In this document: positions 37,251 to 47,200 of the stretch, in pieces
How the letters are laid out: each line of letters starts with the position of its first letter
Numbering within the stretch: position 1 is the first letter of the stretch
Origin: a virus
Length of the DNA: 64,000 nucleotides
IMG/VR virus record: IMGVR_UViG_3300045988_167691
Reading direction: 5' to 3' (one strand)
Notes under the pieces: generated by a model
Told to the model about the DNA's origin: nothing
The model's database searches: none
What the model saw: the letters and a program-made list of their open reading frames with translations, nothing else
Translations under genes and position numbers: made by a program

Positions 37251-38195
37251 TCAATAAATTTCAAATGAAGTATTCTCGATTGTATTCATAGCACAATCAA
37301 AATCATCAGAAGTATCGTCTTTCTGAATTTCTTCTTCGAACTCCGACTGTAATTGTACAGGAACAGTTTTATATTTCAATTGGAATAAATCATCAAACTG
37401 TTCTTTTGTCTTAGAAATAGACATCAATGTTGTAACTTCTATAATCTGTTTCTTTAAATGCTCTCGTCCAATTTCAGGAGTTAAAGATTGATGCCATTTG
37501 TATTTCCAATTCCCCTTAGAAGTCTTTCCTGTCTTTTCTTTAATCTTATCCACAACACCTTGCGGAAGCAGTTCGTAAATATATTTGCTCGTCAATTTAC
37601 CAATAAAAGAAGGTTTATTTCGAATATATTTAGGAACGAACGGCAACCCCCATAACCTATAAATATTTTTATAAAAATCATCCGTAAAAGTAAGCTGCCA
37701 TTTTAATATTTCGTCAGAAATGTAAGCGTTAAGAATTTTTTGAAGCTCAAACCTCTCTCTGTCATATTGATAACCTGTAGCTTCATCGACCAAAGAAATA
37801 ATACCTACTTTGGCAAAAGATCGAACCAATACTTCACATTGATCTGCAATTATCTTTTGTCTATCTGTCAATTCAATATGTTTTCTCGCTTCAAGCATCC
37901 CATCACAAATATCTACTAACACAGTAGCTTCATATCCATTAATTTTCAAAACGCCATCATAGCATTCTAAAGGTTCGAAATGGGCCGGGTCTAAGTTTCT
38001 GAAAATAAATGGTTTAAGTGTCAAATTATTTAAAATAAGCCCTATTTTTGTGCCACTATTTTTATTCTCAACTATTTTCAAAGATTGCTGAATCCCCCTA
38101 CCTGAAATAACTCTCGTTCCGTTTTCCAAAACATAGCAAGGGATTGAAAAATCTCCTAACTTTAGTTCTCCCTTACATTCAATCTTATTAATCAT
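37251..38195 (-). CDS. P63C-domain protein
   Basis: The 314-aa ORF has an N-terminal GDFSIPCYVLENGTRVISGRGIQQSL, which matches my recollection of the P63C domain described in phage regulatory proteins. Confidence 0.55.
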   Translation of the reverse strand: MINKIECKGELKLGDFSIPCYVLENGTRVISGRGIQQSLKIVENKNSGTKIGLILNNLTLKPFIFRNLDPAHFEPLECYDGVLKINGYEATVLVDICDGMLEARKHIELTDRQKIIADQCEVLVRSFAKVGIISLVDEATGYQYDRERFELQKILNAYISDEILKWQLTFTDDFYKNIYRLWGLPFVPKYIRNKPSFIGKLTSKYIYELLPQGVVDKIKEKTGKTSKGNWKYKWHQSLTPEIGREHLKKQIIEVTTLMSISKTKEQFDDLFQLKYKTVPVQLQSEFEEEIQKDDTSDDFDCAMNTIENTSFEIY

Positions 38196-38196
38196 A

Positions 38197-38577
38197 TTAT
38201 TTCTCGTTTAAATTATTTTTCAAACAAAATCTTATCCTTCTTATCATTTCCCATGCGGTACGCTGACTAACATCTATTCTATTGCATAAATCAACAGAAG
38301 TTATTTCTTTGTCCTGTAGGAATAACCACACAGCTTTAAACCACTTTATAAGTGGAGTTGATGTTCCAAAGAAAATAGTTTTTGTTTTCGCATCAAAAGT
38401 CCTGTTTGTGCTACAACAAAAATACTTTCGTCCTTTTATTTTTACCTTCGCTTCCTTATCATAAGGTGAAATAGGATAACCGTCACCCCATTTAAGAAGC
38501 TCCAAAAATCTAACACAACTTTCCTCTGTCGGAAAGGCCACATCTAAATCTTCTAAACTTTTGAATCTACTATTCAT
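38197..38577 (-). CDS. IS1595-transposase N-terminal-like DNA-binding protein (no DDE domain)
   Basis: The 126-aa ORF contains FPTEESCVRFLELLKWGDGYPISPY...YFCCSTNRTFDAKTKTIFFGTSTPLIKWFKAVWL...SQRTAWEMIRRIR. This matches the Zn-ribbon/HTH N-terminus of IS1595 transposases, with the first Cys pair lost. Confidence 0.6.
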   Translation of the reverse strand: MNSRFKSLEDLDVAFPTEESCVRFLELLKWGDGYPISPYDKEAKVKIKGRKYFCCSTNRTFDAKTKTIFFGTSTPLIKWFKAVWLFLQDKEITSVDLCNRIDVSQRTAWEMIRRIRFCLKNNLNEK

Positions 38578-38600
38578 AAAAATAATTTTTAATTACGCTA

Positions 38601-38631
38601 CAAATATAGTAAAATATTTCAACAACACAAA
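38601..38631 (-). promoter_or_regulatory. Bacteroides-type promoter candidate for the moron (-33 TTTG, 19-nt spacer, -7 TATATTTG)
   Basis: On the minus strand TTTG (38631..38628) and TATATTTG (38608..38601) lie 24 nt upstream of the ATG at 38577. Confidence 0.45.
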
Positions 38632-38650
38632 ATAAATATAGTTTTTGCTG

Positions 38651-38685
38651 CAAAAAAAGTAAGGTGAGGTAAATCTCACCTTACT
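38651..38685 (-). terminator. intrinsic terminator after the tail tube gene
   Basis: An 11-bp stem, AGTAAGGTGAG (38658..38668) / CTCACCTTACT (38675..38685), is followed on the minus strand by T7 (38657..38651). Confidence 0.75.
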
Positions 38686-38765
38686 AAAATTATTTATTAT
38701 GATTAATAGAAATATTTCGCTTCACAGCGATGAATGCAAAGGTTAATTGATATATAAATACGGAG

Positions 38766-38807
38766 AAAGGTAAGAACTTCGAGAATAAATCTTTGGTTCT
38801 TACCTTT
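38766..38807. other. 12-bp-stem hairpin in the tube-moron intergenic region
   Basis: AAAGGTAAGAAC (38766..38777) pairs with GTTCTTACCTTT (38796..38807) around an 18-nt loop. No U-tract follows on either strand. Confidence 0.5.
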
Positions 38808-38859
38808 AAATTATGTTAATGATAAAATATTACGTTGTAACCTATTAAAAATAAATAAC

Positions 38860-39342
38860 TTAATATTCAGTAGTTGTAACTGGGAAAAGGTAGCGAATAT
38901 TTACATTATAGCTTGCAACTCCTTGCGTTTGCAACTGCCAATTCTGATTTTCAATGAAACACGGAGTTAAAAGAGCAACCGTCTGCCCTGTCGGATCAAC
39001 CTGCGTCACCATCTTACGGGCATCATCAAAGTTCTGAACCAATTTCTTATAGATCATGATAGAGAAACCTTGTTCTGCGAATGTAAGAGTGTCCAAAACT
39101 TCCTGCAAAGTTCCCAACCGATGAATCATTGCTTCTACCACCGGAGCTTTGAAAGACAAAAAGAACTGATCCACAGTTGCGGAACATCTGTAAGATACAG
39201 GTGGGATCTCCTGAATAGGCAAACTACCCAATCCCTGTACATCCACACGATTGATCTGTTCCTGTACGGTAATATTTCTGACAAAACCAGCCGTTTCATT
39301 GCCGATTTTGATATATGCCATAGGTGCGCTAAATGTCTGCAT
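38860..39342 (-). CDS. tail tube protein
   Basis: The 160-aa ORF lies immediately downstream of the sheath gene and is followed by a strong terminator. Confidence 0.65.
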   Translation of the reverse strand: MQTFSAPMAYIKIGNETAGFVRNITVQEQINRVDVQGLGSLPIQEIPPVSYRCSATVDQFFLSFKAPVVEAMIHRLGTLQEVLDTLTFAEQGFSIMIYKKLVQNFDDARKMVTQVDPTGQTVALLTPCFIENQNWQLQTQGVASYNVNIRYLFPVTTTEY

Positions 39343-39365
39343 GATATTCTATATTTTTAGAATTA

Positions 39366-41009
39366 TTATCCACGAATTAAGAAGCCTGTAAAGAACAACT
39401 TATTGATTTCATTGTTGACAACAATCTTATAAGTAACAAACCAAGCATCTTCCTGTCTTGTTACGACAACATCTTTAAAAGAAAGAAGCAAGTTATCCTG
39501 TGCTTCCGTTGCTACTCTGGATTGCAAATAAGCAACCGTCCAATCCTTCACCGCTCCGGCAGACAAAGTATTGACGTTTACACCATTTTCCTGTCCAAGC
39601 AGATCAATAGAAGCATTTACAACCAATTCCTTGTTAATCTGTGCGACAATACGCATGAACTGAATGCTGTGGCTCTGACCATTGGAGTTGAATAACACCT
39701 TGTTATCTTGCAAAGTATTCACACCCTGCAACACAACAAAATTGTTAGTGTAGTCATTGTAAACCGTCACAAGCATACCAGCATCCAAAGCCTTCGTTTT
39801 TTCAACTTCACTCAAAGTATGCTGTAATTTGTCAATACCGATCGTCTTGTTTGTAACAGGAATATAAGGCGGTTTTCCAGCTGTTCTTCCCAAGATACAA
39901 CACAAATTATACATCACACCCCACCAACGTGTTTTTACACCTGTAATACCGGAAGTCATGCCTGCGCCTCCATGTACCAACTGGACAAGCTCACTATTAA
40001 AGCCTTTTGCCAAATCAAGTGATTTAGAGAAATTAGCAGCATCAGCATATCCTCCAACAAACAAGAAATGGGTGTATTTTGCCTGGCTGTTCATGTGGGC
40101 AATATACTGTTTCTGTAACGCAGAATCCGCATTTTGTCCAAACTGATCTGTAAGAGCAAAACTATAATCCAACCCTGTGATAGCAGAAAGAGCCTGTGTC
40201 ATGTAATCGGCATTATAAGTTTCCGTACCGCCTTTTGCAAGTACGAATTTCTTTCCTGCAAGTGCCGTTGTTACGTCGTTTCCCACTACAGTTCCTTCAC
40301 CTTCTTTCTTTGCATTGCTTGTCAATACAAACAAATTCGCAAAATTGGAGTCTGATTTAGCCCAATCAATCAAAGTCTGAATATTATTAAATTCAGGCGA
40401 CTGCAATACCAAAGTAGGTGCTGCCTGATCTTCCGGTGTTTCTCCAATAGGATAACCATCCTCTGCATAACCGGTAAAAGAGCCAACGTAAAACTTCATG
40501 ATCCATTTTTCAGGATCATCTTCTCCTGCCACAATAGAAACGCCATAACCAGTAATCAGATTGTCAGCTTCCGAAAGTGTACCATTTGCTCCCTTTCCTT
40601 CGTCCAAAGTTTTAACTTCAAATGTTCCGCCTGCCGTTGTTGCAAAAGTGATAGTGGCAGAAGTTGTCTGTGCAGCTCTAACAAACAAAAGCTGTGAAAT
40701 ACCAGTAGAGGCAGGATTTGAATAGTCCGGTGTAAAAAGTGCCTCTGCAATTTTCCAATACATACCGCCTTTCATGAAAGAACGAAACTCTGCCAAAGTA
40801 TCAAATCTATATACAGAATCCAATCCCTGAAAGTTTTCCCCAGATACACCAGAGCCACCGCACCAATTTGCACCATAAACTCCTGTGTCAACTATGATGC
40901 AACGACCGTAATCAAGCGTTCTCGAAGGGCTTGTTTCTGACGTTGTGATCCGACTATAAACACCCGGAAGGGTTATTTGCTTGTTATTGAAAATAAAAGA
41001 TGTGCTCAT
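39366..41009 (-). CDS. contractile tail sheath protein
   Basis: The 547-aa ORF has an N-terminal ITLPGVYSRI (PGVY motif), common in sheath proteins. Its size and position upstream of the tube gene also fit. Confidence 0.8.
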   Translation of the reverse strand: MSTSFIFNNKQITLPGVYSRITTSETSPSRTLDYGRCIIVDTGVYGANWCGGSGVSGENFQGLDSVYRFDTLAEFRSFMKGGMYWKIAEALFTPDYSNPASTGISQLLFVRAAQTTSATITFATTAGGTFEVKTLDEGKGANGTLSEADNLITGYGVSIVAGEDDPEKWIMKFYVGSFTGYAEDGYPIGETPEDQAAPTLVLQSPEFNNIQTLIDWAKSDSNFANLFVLTSNAKKEGEGTVVGNDVTTALAGKKFVLAKGGTETYNADYMTQALSAITGLDYSFALTDQFGQNADSALQKQYIAHMNSQAKYTHFLFVGGYADAANFSKSLDLAKGFNSELVQLVHGGAGMTSGITGVKTRWWGVMYNLCCILGRTAGKPPYIPVTNKTIGIDKLQHTLSEVEKTKALDAGMLVTVYNDYTNNFVVLQGVNTLQDNKVLFNSNGQSHSIQFMRIVAQINKELVVNASIDLLGQENGVNVNTLSAGAVKDWTVAYLQSRVATEAQDNLLLSFKDVVVTRQEDAWFVTYKIVVNNEINKLFFTGFLIRG

Positions 41010-41026
41010 AACTTATTGATTTTCAA

Positions 41027-41158
41027 TTAATTATCGAATTTATATGATTTTATCCCGTCTATCCTTTCTAAATAATTGGATGGTAATGTAGATCGCTTTT
41101 CCATATTTTCATCTTCCCATAATGGTTGAAGGTTTAAATAATGATTAGCAATAGACAT
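41027..41158 (-). CDS. possible small ORF (43 aa) below the track cutoff
   Basis: My translation is MSIANHYLNLQPLWEDENMEKRSTLPSNYLERIDGIKSYKFDN*. It lies in the 200-bp gap upstream of the sheath gene. There is no other support. Confidence 0.2.
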   Translation of the reverse strand: MSIANHYLNLQPLWEDENMEKRSTLPSNYLERIDGIKSYKFDN

Positions 41159-41211
41159 TCCTTCTTCAAATTTGTTTTTCCAAAGGTAATCATTTTTCAA
41201 TCAACGTACTA

Positions 41212-41907
41212 TCAACTTCCTTTAATTTCCGATTCTACTCCTGGAAGTCCGTCAGTAATAGCTGGATTGCCAAGAGCAATACTATCCACTTGGTTGACCT
41301 TTCCAAAGATGATCTTTCCAAGTGAAGTTGTATCCACAAGTCCTGGAGCTATTTCTTCCGAAGATAATTCCAATCCTATGGAACGAATAAAAATAGGAGT
41401 TGGCATCAAATGGTTCTCCATCATCAGTTCTTTCATGGAAAACTCTATTTTAAGAAATTGAGAAGCCAATAAATCCCAAGAACCAAGTAAAAGCGCATAC
41501 AAAACTTCCGACATCAGAATTGATTCATTCATGTTTACAGAAAAACACATAATTTCCAATCCATATTGTCTTGTATCTCTGTACATAGGAACACCGCCCA
41601 TAAAAGATTCTATCTTACCTATGGAGTTGGCGATACCACTTTTCTTTCCCGGCTCACGAATCACATAAGATGGAAGTCCTGCTCTGTCCTTCGGATATTC
41701 CAGCAATACCTTTATGTTGTTAGGGTTTGTTTCTTTACGCAAAAACAAATTCTTTGCCTGTTCATAGAAGTTGTAAGAGCCATCCTGCGTGTCTCCCAAC
41801 ACCTTATACAAGAAAGAATCCTTTTCATTGTTTTTACTTTCAAAGTCAGTCTGAACATATTCCAAACAACTTTCTACAATCTTTTTTATTTTAACTATCT
41901 GTATCAT
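41212..41907 (-). CDS. neck/tail-completion module protein, function unknown
   Basis: The 231-aa ORF is assigned by position only. Confidence 0.45.
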   Translation of the reverse strand: MIQIVKIKKIVESCLEYVQTDFESKNNEKDSFLYKVLGDTQDGSYNFYEQAKNLFLRKETNPNNIKVLLEYPKDRAGLPSYVIREPGKKSGIANSIGKIESFMGGVPMYRDTRQYGLEIMCFSVNMNESILMSEVLYALLLGSWDLLASQFLKIEFSMKELMMENHLMPTPIFIRSIGLELSSEEIAPGLVDTTSLGKIIFGKVNQVDSIALGNPAITDGLPGVESEIKGS

Positions 41908-41909
41908 AA

Positions 41910-42677
41910 CTAAATAGCCTTTAAAAATTCGTTTATAACCCTATCCGCGACAACATCTATTTTAGCTTGTTCAAGAGCCTTGTCCATGAGCTTATATGGA
42001 ATAATACCACCATTCCACCAACTGTTAGGATCAGAAGCGTCACTTACCCTTCTCCATGTAAAGTAACCACTTCTTGTTTCGTTTGCAGTAGAAGCAATGT
42101 TTACTTTCGTCAAGCCTTGATAAATAGGTGCTTTGTGCATGTAAGATGGTTTGTTTACTCCCAACCTGTTTATCTCTTTCCTCTCTCCTTTTTCGGCAAA
42201 CCTTCCTTGTAAATTTCCAATTCCCAGTCTTCCTGTCTTTCGAACTGCATCGTAAATCTGTTGAGGCATTATAGTTGAAAACAATCCAGAATCCGCTACC
42301 GCTTCCGAAGTTGCGTGACGGAAAGGAATATCAATGTACCAACCTCCACCTTCCGCTTCTTTTCTTTTTGGGGAATTTCTAAATCCTTCTTTTTCATCAA
42401 AAGGTGGTTGCCCTTCTTCTATCATTAAAGGAATAGAAGATTCTCTATTTGTCAATCCAAATGTAACAGACAAAGGGGATTCCCTTTCTATGAAAACTCC
42501 CCTTTTATATTCATTCCTTGTCTTATGAAGTTCGCTTGATATAAGATTTTGCCACCTAAGCTGATATTCCGAGACAACCGCATCAATAATGGAAGAACCT
42601 AAAAACACAGATTGATCCCCTGAAAGATTAAACTCTTCCACAAGATCACCTAAATCTATGTTTATCGGTAAAATCAT
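41910..42677 (-). CDS. neck module protein, function unknown
   Basis: 255-aa ORF. Confidence 0.45.
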   Translation of the reverse strand: MILPINIDLGDLVEEFNLSGDQSVFLGSSIIDAVVSEYQLRWQNLISSELHKTRNEYKRGVFIERESPLSVTFGLTNRESSIPLMIEEGQPPFDEKEGFRNSPKRKEAEGGGWYIDIPFRHATSEAVADSGLFSTIMPQQIYDAVRKTGRLGIGNLQGRFAEKGERKEINRLGVNKPSYMHKAPIYQGLTKVNIASTANETRSGYFTWRRVSDASDPNSWWNGGIIPYKLMDKALEQAKIDVVADRVINEFLKAI

Positions 42678-43465
42678 TCCACCACTTTCATTTGTATGTT
42701 ATCGTTCAAAATAACGCCAGAACCGTCGAAATTAGGTTTTTCAGAGACTATCAAATGCGTTCTTCTTGCTACCGCCTGGATAGGAAGCCTTGTTCTTTCC
42801 AATTGTCCTGATTCCTTATTCTTTTTCCATGAAGCACGTACTTCGTGTGGGAAATCCAATACATGAAACTCCAGTTGATGCTGATAATAAACGCTCACAA
42901 CTGGGTTTAAAGCCATATCAGCAGTCAAAATTATGCAATAAGGATTCGCATCACTTACTTTGTAATCTGCCACTGAAAGTTGTCTTAAAGGCATCGTAGA
43001 ACCATCAAACACATGTATGCTGTATATGGATAACGGCTTATAAGTAGTAAATATGAAAAAGTTCTCTCCGTCTGTTCTGACAGGAAGATTTTCGCTGAAA
43101 TAAGAATATTCCTTTTGAATTGTGATCCTGTCAAAATACCCCATATTCGGTTTATCTGTATCCGTCACCGTTACATTGATAGTTCCTATCAGTTCTTCCG
43201 ACCAACGTTTATAGTCGTTGTTTCCGTTTATTCCGGCTATGAGTGCATGTGTACTTACAGGGTTCACATAAAAATATCCTGTACCGAAACAATTCTGACA
43301 ATCCGTCAAAGGAGAATCTGGCGCGTTACAAGGACATCTCAAAGCCTTTTCGATTACCACCTCATATCCTTTCAAATACACAGCAGAATCGAACTCTGAA
43401 CGCATAAATTCAGGACTTGCATTGCTTAAAGCCGGAATAGGTGATTGTAAAATGCTTTTTGCCAC
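42674..43465 (-). CDS. neck module protein, function unknown
   Basis: The 263-aa ORF overlaps the next gene by 4 nt. Confidence 0.45.
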   Translation of the reverse strand: MAKSILQSPIPALSNASPEFMRSEFDSAVYLKGYEVVIEKALRCPCNAPDSPLTDCQNCFGTGYFYVNPVSTHALIAGINGNNDYKRWSEELIGTINVTVTDTDKPNMGYFDRITIQKEYSYFSENLPVRTDGENFFIFTTYKPLSIYSIHVFDGSTMPLRQLSVADYKVSDANPYCIILTADMALNPVVSVYYQHQLEFHVLDFPHEVRASWKKNKESGQLERTRLPIQAVARRTHLIVSEKPNFDGSGVILNDNIQMKVVE

Positions 43466-43477
43466 GATACGTCCTCC

Positions 43478-44284
43478 TTATAATACCAAAAATTTAAACT
43501 GATCGTACACAAGTTTTATCCGTCCTACCGTTTCCTCTATTTCTTTCTGATACTGTTTCAGACGTGCCCCATACCCTGCATTTTCAGCAGAAGCAGTAGA
43601 GTTTATGGATTGTCTAAGTCCGTCTATCTCCAGGTGCATGGACGCAATACCCGGAAGATTGAATATCATATCTCCAGCAATATTTAACGGGCCGAATGAA
43701 GCGAGCTTACCAACCAGATTTATCAAATCAACCGGCATTTTATCCAAATCAAATCCGGTTATATACTGAATATCCCAATAGTCCGGTATGTTTGTGTACC
43801 GTTGAAATCCTATTTGAGTTGTTATACCTGTAAGAATAACATCGGCATTTCCCCTGACCGAACTTGCCCCAGTAGGTACTACACTCATTCTCCGTTTCCC
43901 TATCCCGTCCATATCCTTTTCACATGTAAGCCATGCTTGCGGATAAATAATCTGCTCCATCTTATTCAACATACCTGTTAGCGCAAGAGGAACTCTTACA
44001 GGACAGTTGGTTTGTATGATAGGGAATTGCTGAAAATAATCTGTCCTGTAATAAGAATGCGTTTCCGATTCAACCAACTGTTTTACAAATTTAAGATTGA
44101 AATAGTTCTCAACCTCTCTCTGCGCTGCACTAAGATAAGTTCTAAGAGCATCATCAGAAAAAGCCGTACCAGTTCCAGCCTGTATAGTGATACCATACAA
44201 GTAGTTGTTCCACATTTCGGCTACCGAAATGACCGATCCTGTGTTCTTTTTATATTTTATTGTAAACGTCAGTTGTCCCGGCAT
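43478..44284 (-). CDS. head-tail connector candidate
   Basis: The 268-aa ORF is assigned by position only. Confidence 0.35.
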   Translation of the reverse strand: MPGQLTFTIKYKKNTGSVISVAEMWNNYLYGITIQAGTGTAFSDDALRTYLSAAQREVENYFNLKFVKQLVESETHSYYRTDYFQQFPIIQTNCPVRVPLALTGMLNKMEQIIYPQAWLTCEKDMDGIGKRRMSVVPTGASSVRGNADVILTGITTQIGFQRYTNIPDYWDIQYITGFDLDKMPVDLINLVGKLASFGPLNIAGDMIFNLPGIASMHLEIDGLRQSINSTASAENAGYGARLKQYQKEIEETVGRIKLVYDQFKFLVL

Positions 44285-44290
44285 AACCTT

Positions 44291-44857
44291 TTATTTTTTA
44301 GGTAAAGAAATTATCGCATTGATAAGTTCGTCCTTCTGATCTTCTTCTTTGAATCTTCCTGCCTTTTGCTTAGACATACCATTTTCAATAGCAAGAGTTT
44401 TCAAATCTTCGAAAGACATTTTGGACATATCTTCTTTCAAAGAAGCAATTTCTTCTTCATTATAAGAACTTTCTTCTTTCTCTTTCTCTTCTTCTATTTC
44501 TTTTGGCTTTCCACCATTCATCAATCTTTCACACTCTTTTCTCCAAACATCAGCAGCTTGTTTCATTTTTTCAATTTGAGCGTTCTTGTCGCTGATAATA
44601 CCGTTCAAACGTTTGATTTCAAAGTCATACTCATCTTTCAGAACTTTGATAGTGGCTTCATCATCCTTTTCTCTTTCAGATTTTTCCTTTTCCAAATTCT
44701 CTGCATCTTCCAAAGAAGTGATTCCTTTAAAGCCGCCCGTTCTGATATATTCCCAAGTCTCATCCTTTACGGTTGACTTACCGTTCGTAAACTTCACAAG
44801 TTCGTCTCCAAATTGGATAACAGTGTTCTTATAGATTGTTGATACGATTGTTACCAT
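44291..44857 (-). CDS. K/E-rich coiled-coil protein
   Basis: The 188-aa ORF has a charged low-complexity centre and is the first gene after the capsid terminator. Confidence 0.5.
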   Translation of the reverse strand: MVTIVSTIYKNTVIQFGDELVKFTNGKSTVKDETWEYIRTGGFKGITSLEDAENLEKEKSEREKDDEATIKVLKDEYDFEIKRLNGIISDKNAQIEKMKQAADVWRKECERLMNGGKPKEIEEEKEKEESSYNEEEIASLKEDMSKMSFEDLKTLAIENGMSKQKAGRFKEEDQKDELINAIISLPKK

Positions 44858-44874
44858 ATTTCAAACTTAAATTA

Positions 44875-44920
44875 TTAAGGGAAGGGAAGATGTTGCCAAG
44901 AACCCTTTCCTTCCCTCTTG
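44875..44920 (-). terminator. terminator candidate after the major capsid gene
   Basis: Stem 44879..44889 pairs with 44905..44915 (GGGAAGG/CCTTCCC core plus extensions). On the minus strand it is followed by TTAATAATTT. Confidence 0.55.
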
Positions 44921-44943
44921 TTTATTTTAATTCCTATGATCTC

Positions 44944-46461
44944 TTATGCACCTAAGCCTTCATCACCGATATTGATGACACGACACATCTTAGCGGGCTG
45001 ATACAAAACCGGAGTGCCGTAGTTCAAAATTGCAAATCTACGAGACGGAGCAGTGATTGCAAAGTCGATCTTACGAGTGTCGCCGAACTGCAAGTATTCA
45101 TTGACCTGACTGTCATTGTAATAAATCAAAGCAGACTTAGTTCCTGCAATGATACGGTTGCGGTCACGAACTTTAGTTGCAGCAGCACCATCATATCCAG
45201 CAGCCAGCATAGAAGCCGGAATAGTAAAGATAGGATAATATTCTGTCGTGTCTGTCAAAGCAGTTACTTTCTTAGTACGATAAACCACATAAGCGGTAGC
45301 CTGATAAGCTCCACCTACACCGGCTGTCCATTGTAAGTCAACTGACTGATTAGCTGCAACAGCCAAAGCGGTATCTGTCAATTTAAGCGGAGCAGATTCG
45401 CCATAGCGATTCTTTGCAGTTACCAGATAGCCATAAGAACCTGCATGTAATGTAAAGTTGGTTCTAGCATCTATAATAACAGCCGATTTTCTTTCACCTG
45501 CAACAGGAGTTGCCGGAGCTTTCGGAGAAGTAGCTGTAGCAGTTGCCTTAATAGGTTTACGAACGTCAAAGAACTTATCGCTCTTAACTGCAACGCTACC
45601 AAACTGCGTTACGATATTGTTTACAGACTGACCCATCGTTGCACCTACAACACTGTTAGCCATACCGACAACAACACGTTTCGATTCATGGAATTTCTTC
45701 ACATAGTTGTTAAATACAACCGGAGCGGAAACGATACGGTCGATATAACCGTTGTAAACATTTACAACAGCGTCAGCAGCATCTTCTACCAAAGCATCAG
45801 TCAAAATGCCACCCTGTGCATCAATAACGGCAGCAGAGCCATAATAAGCATCCAAAATCTGTTCTGTACTCATACCTTCCGTAGAACCACGATCAGCAGA
45901 AGCAACACCCATCATGTGCTGACGGAAAATGCCATCAAATTCTTCTTCCACACAAGTAGAATCCGCACTCGTCAAGTTAGTGTCAATCAAAGTAAGTAAC
46001 AGAGTTGTCTTGTTCTGTACCTCACGAGTGTACATGTTCATACCACCTGCCAACTTCGCCAACATTGCCGGGTCTGTTACTTGACCTGTCAAGCCCATAA
46101 ACTTAGCGATAACAGATTTACGAATGTATTGAGTATCGGTTTCTTCCGGCGTTTCACCTTCGCGGTTGAAGATACCTACATCTTCACCGTATTTGTATAA
46201 CTGGTTGTACTGGTGAACCGTATTCTCGATTCTCTGTTTCGGCATTTCATTATAAACGACCAACTGATTCAAACGGTTGGCAAGAACCTTGATGTAAGCA
46301 TCCAAAGATTCAACTTTCAGACCGCCACCATTGTTAATCTGATCGTTATATTGCATACCGGTCTGTAAACCAGCTTCCATAGCTTTCAATACGTCAGCAA
46401 CGTTATTGCTACCTCCAAAAGCTGCCAAATCATTATAATTGTATAATTCCATGATTATCAA
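44944..46461 (-). CDS. major capsid protein
   Basis: The 505-aa ORF follows the protease and scaffold genes and is followed by a strong hairpin. Its composition is typical of HK97-fold coat proteins. No motif-level proof is possible by eye. Confidence 0.7.
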   Translation of the reverse strand: MIIMELYNYNDLAAFGGSNNVADVLKAMEAGLQTGMQYNDQINNGGGLKVESLDAYIKVLANRLNQLVVYNEMPKQRIENTVHQYNQLYKYGEDVGIFNREGETPEETDTQYIRKSVIAKFMGLTGQVTDPAMLAKLAGGMNMYTREVQNKTTLLLTLIDTNLTSADSTCVEEEFDGIFRQHMMGVASADRGSTEGMSTEQILDAYYGSAAVIDAQGGILTDALVEDAADAVVNVYNGYIDRIVSAPVVFNNYVKKFHESKRVVVGMANSVVGATMGQSVNNIVTQFGSVAVKSDKFFDVRKPIKATATATSPKAPATPVAGERKSAVIIDARTNFTLHAGSYGYLVTAKNRYGESAPLKLTDTALAVAANQSVDLQWTAGVGGAYQATAYVVYRTKKVTALTDTTEYYPIFTIPASMLAAGYDGAAATKVRDRNRIIAGTKSALIYYNDSQVNEYLQFGDTRKIDFAITAPSRRFAILNYGTPVLYQPAKMCRVINIGDEGLGA

Positions 46462-46492
46462 TATTTTATATTATATTCAATCGAATTGTTTC

Positions 46493-47179
46493 TTACTTGT
46501 GGAACTTGATATTATACTTTTCGTACATGAACTTCGCCAAGTTCTTGCCAATAGTTTCGGCTTGCGTATCTGCCAAGAAAGCTAAAGCATCATCGCCAAT
46601 GGATTTTTCAAGTTCTTCTCCTTCGTTTTCAATAGCCTTATTGATGGCAGCAGTAACTAAAGGTCGCTGTTTAGTGACAGACAATAAAGTCTTTCCTCCT
46701 TCGTCCACTTCCAGTTTCATAGATTTTTCCAAAACGGCAGAAGTCTGGACACCTTTGAAAGATGGAGTTTGTGCACCAAAAGTTTCCAAAGATTTTTCAA
46801 TGTTACCAAAACGTTCGTTCATAACCTCTGTCATTCCTTTTACGATATTGGCAGCCAAAGAAGCACCGAAAGATTTCATATCTTCCATAGAGAAAGATTT
46901 CTCAACTTTATCTTCTTTTTCCTTGATGTCTTCTTTCAAATCCTTTACGTCTTTCTTGTCCTCTTTTTCGTCCTCTTTAAGAGCATCTTCATGCTTCTTA
47001 TCGTTGCCGATATTTTTTTCTTCCTTCTTTTCGGAATCCTTCATTTCAGCAACAGTTTTAGACTTCTCAAAAGTTACATCACCTCTTTCCACCATAGAAG
47101 CAATATCTTCCGCACTAAAACCAGAGTTTTCGAGTGCCTTGTACAACGGATCGTTTTTAAATTCATTCAAGTTTAACAT
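46493..47179 (-). CDS. scaffolding protein
   Basis: The 228-aa ORF has an extremely K/E/D-rich helical centre (KEDEKEDKKDVKDLKEDIKEKEDK) and lies between the protease and capsid genes. Confidence 0.6.
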   Translation of the reverse strand: MLNLNEFKNDPLYKALENSGFSAEDIASMVERGDVTFEKSKTVAEMKDSEKKEEKNIGNDKKHEDALKEDEKEDKKDVKDLKEDIKEKEDKVEKSFSMEDMKSFGASLAANIVKGMTEVMNERFGNIEKSLETFGAQTPSFKGVQTSAVLEKSMKLEVDEGGKTLLSVTKQRPLVTAAINKAIENEGEELEKSIGDDALAFLADTQAETIGKNLAKFMYEKYNIKFHK

Positions 47180-47200
47180 AATATACTATCTATTTAAAAA

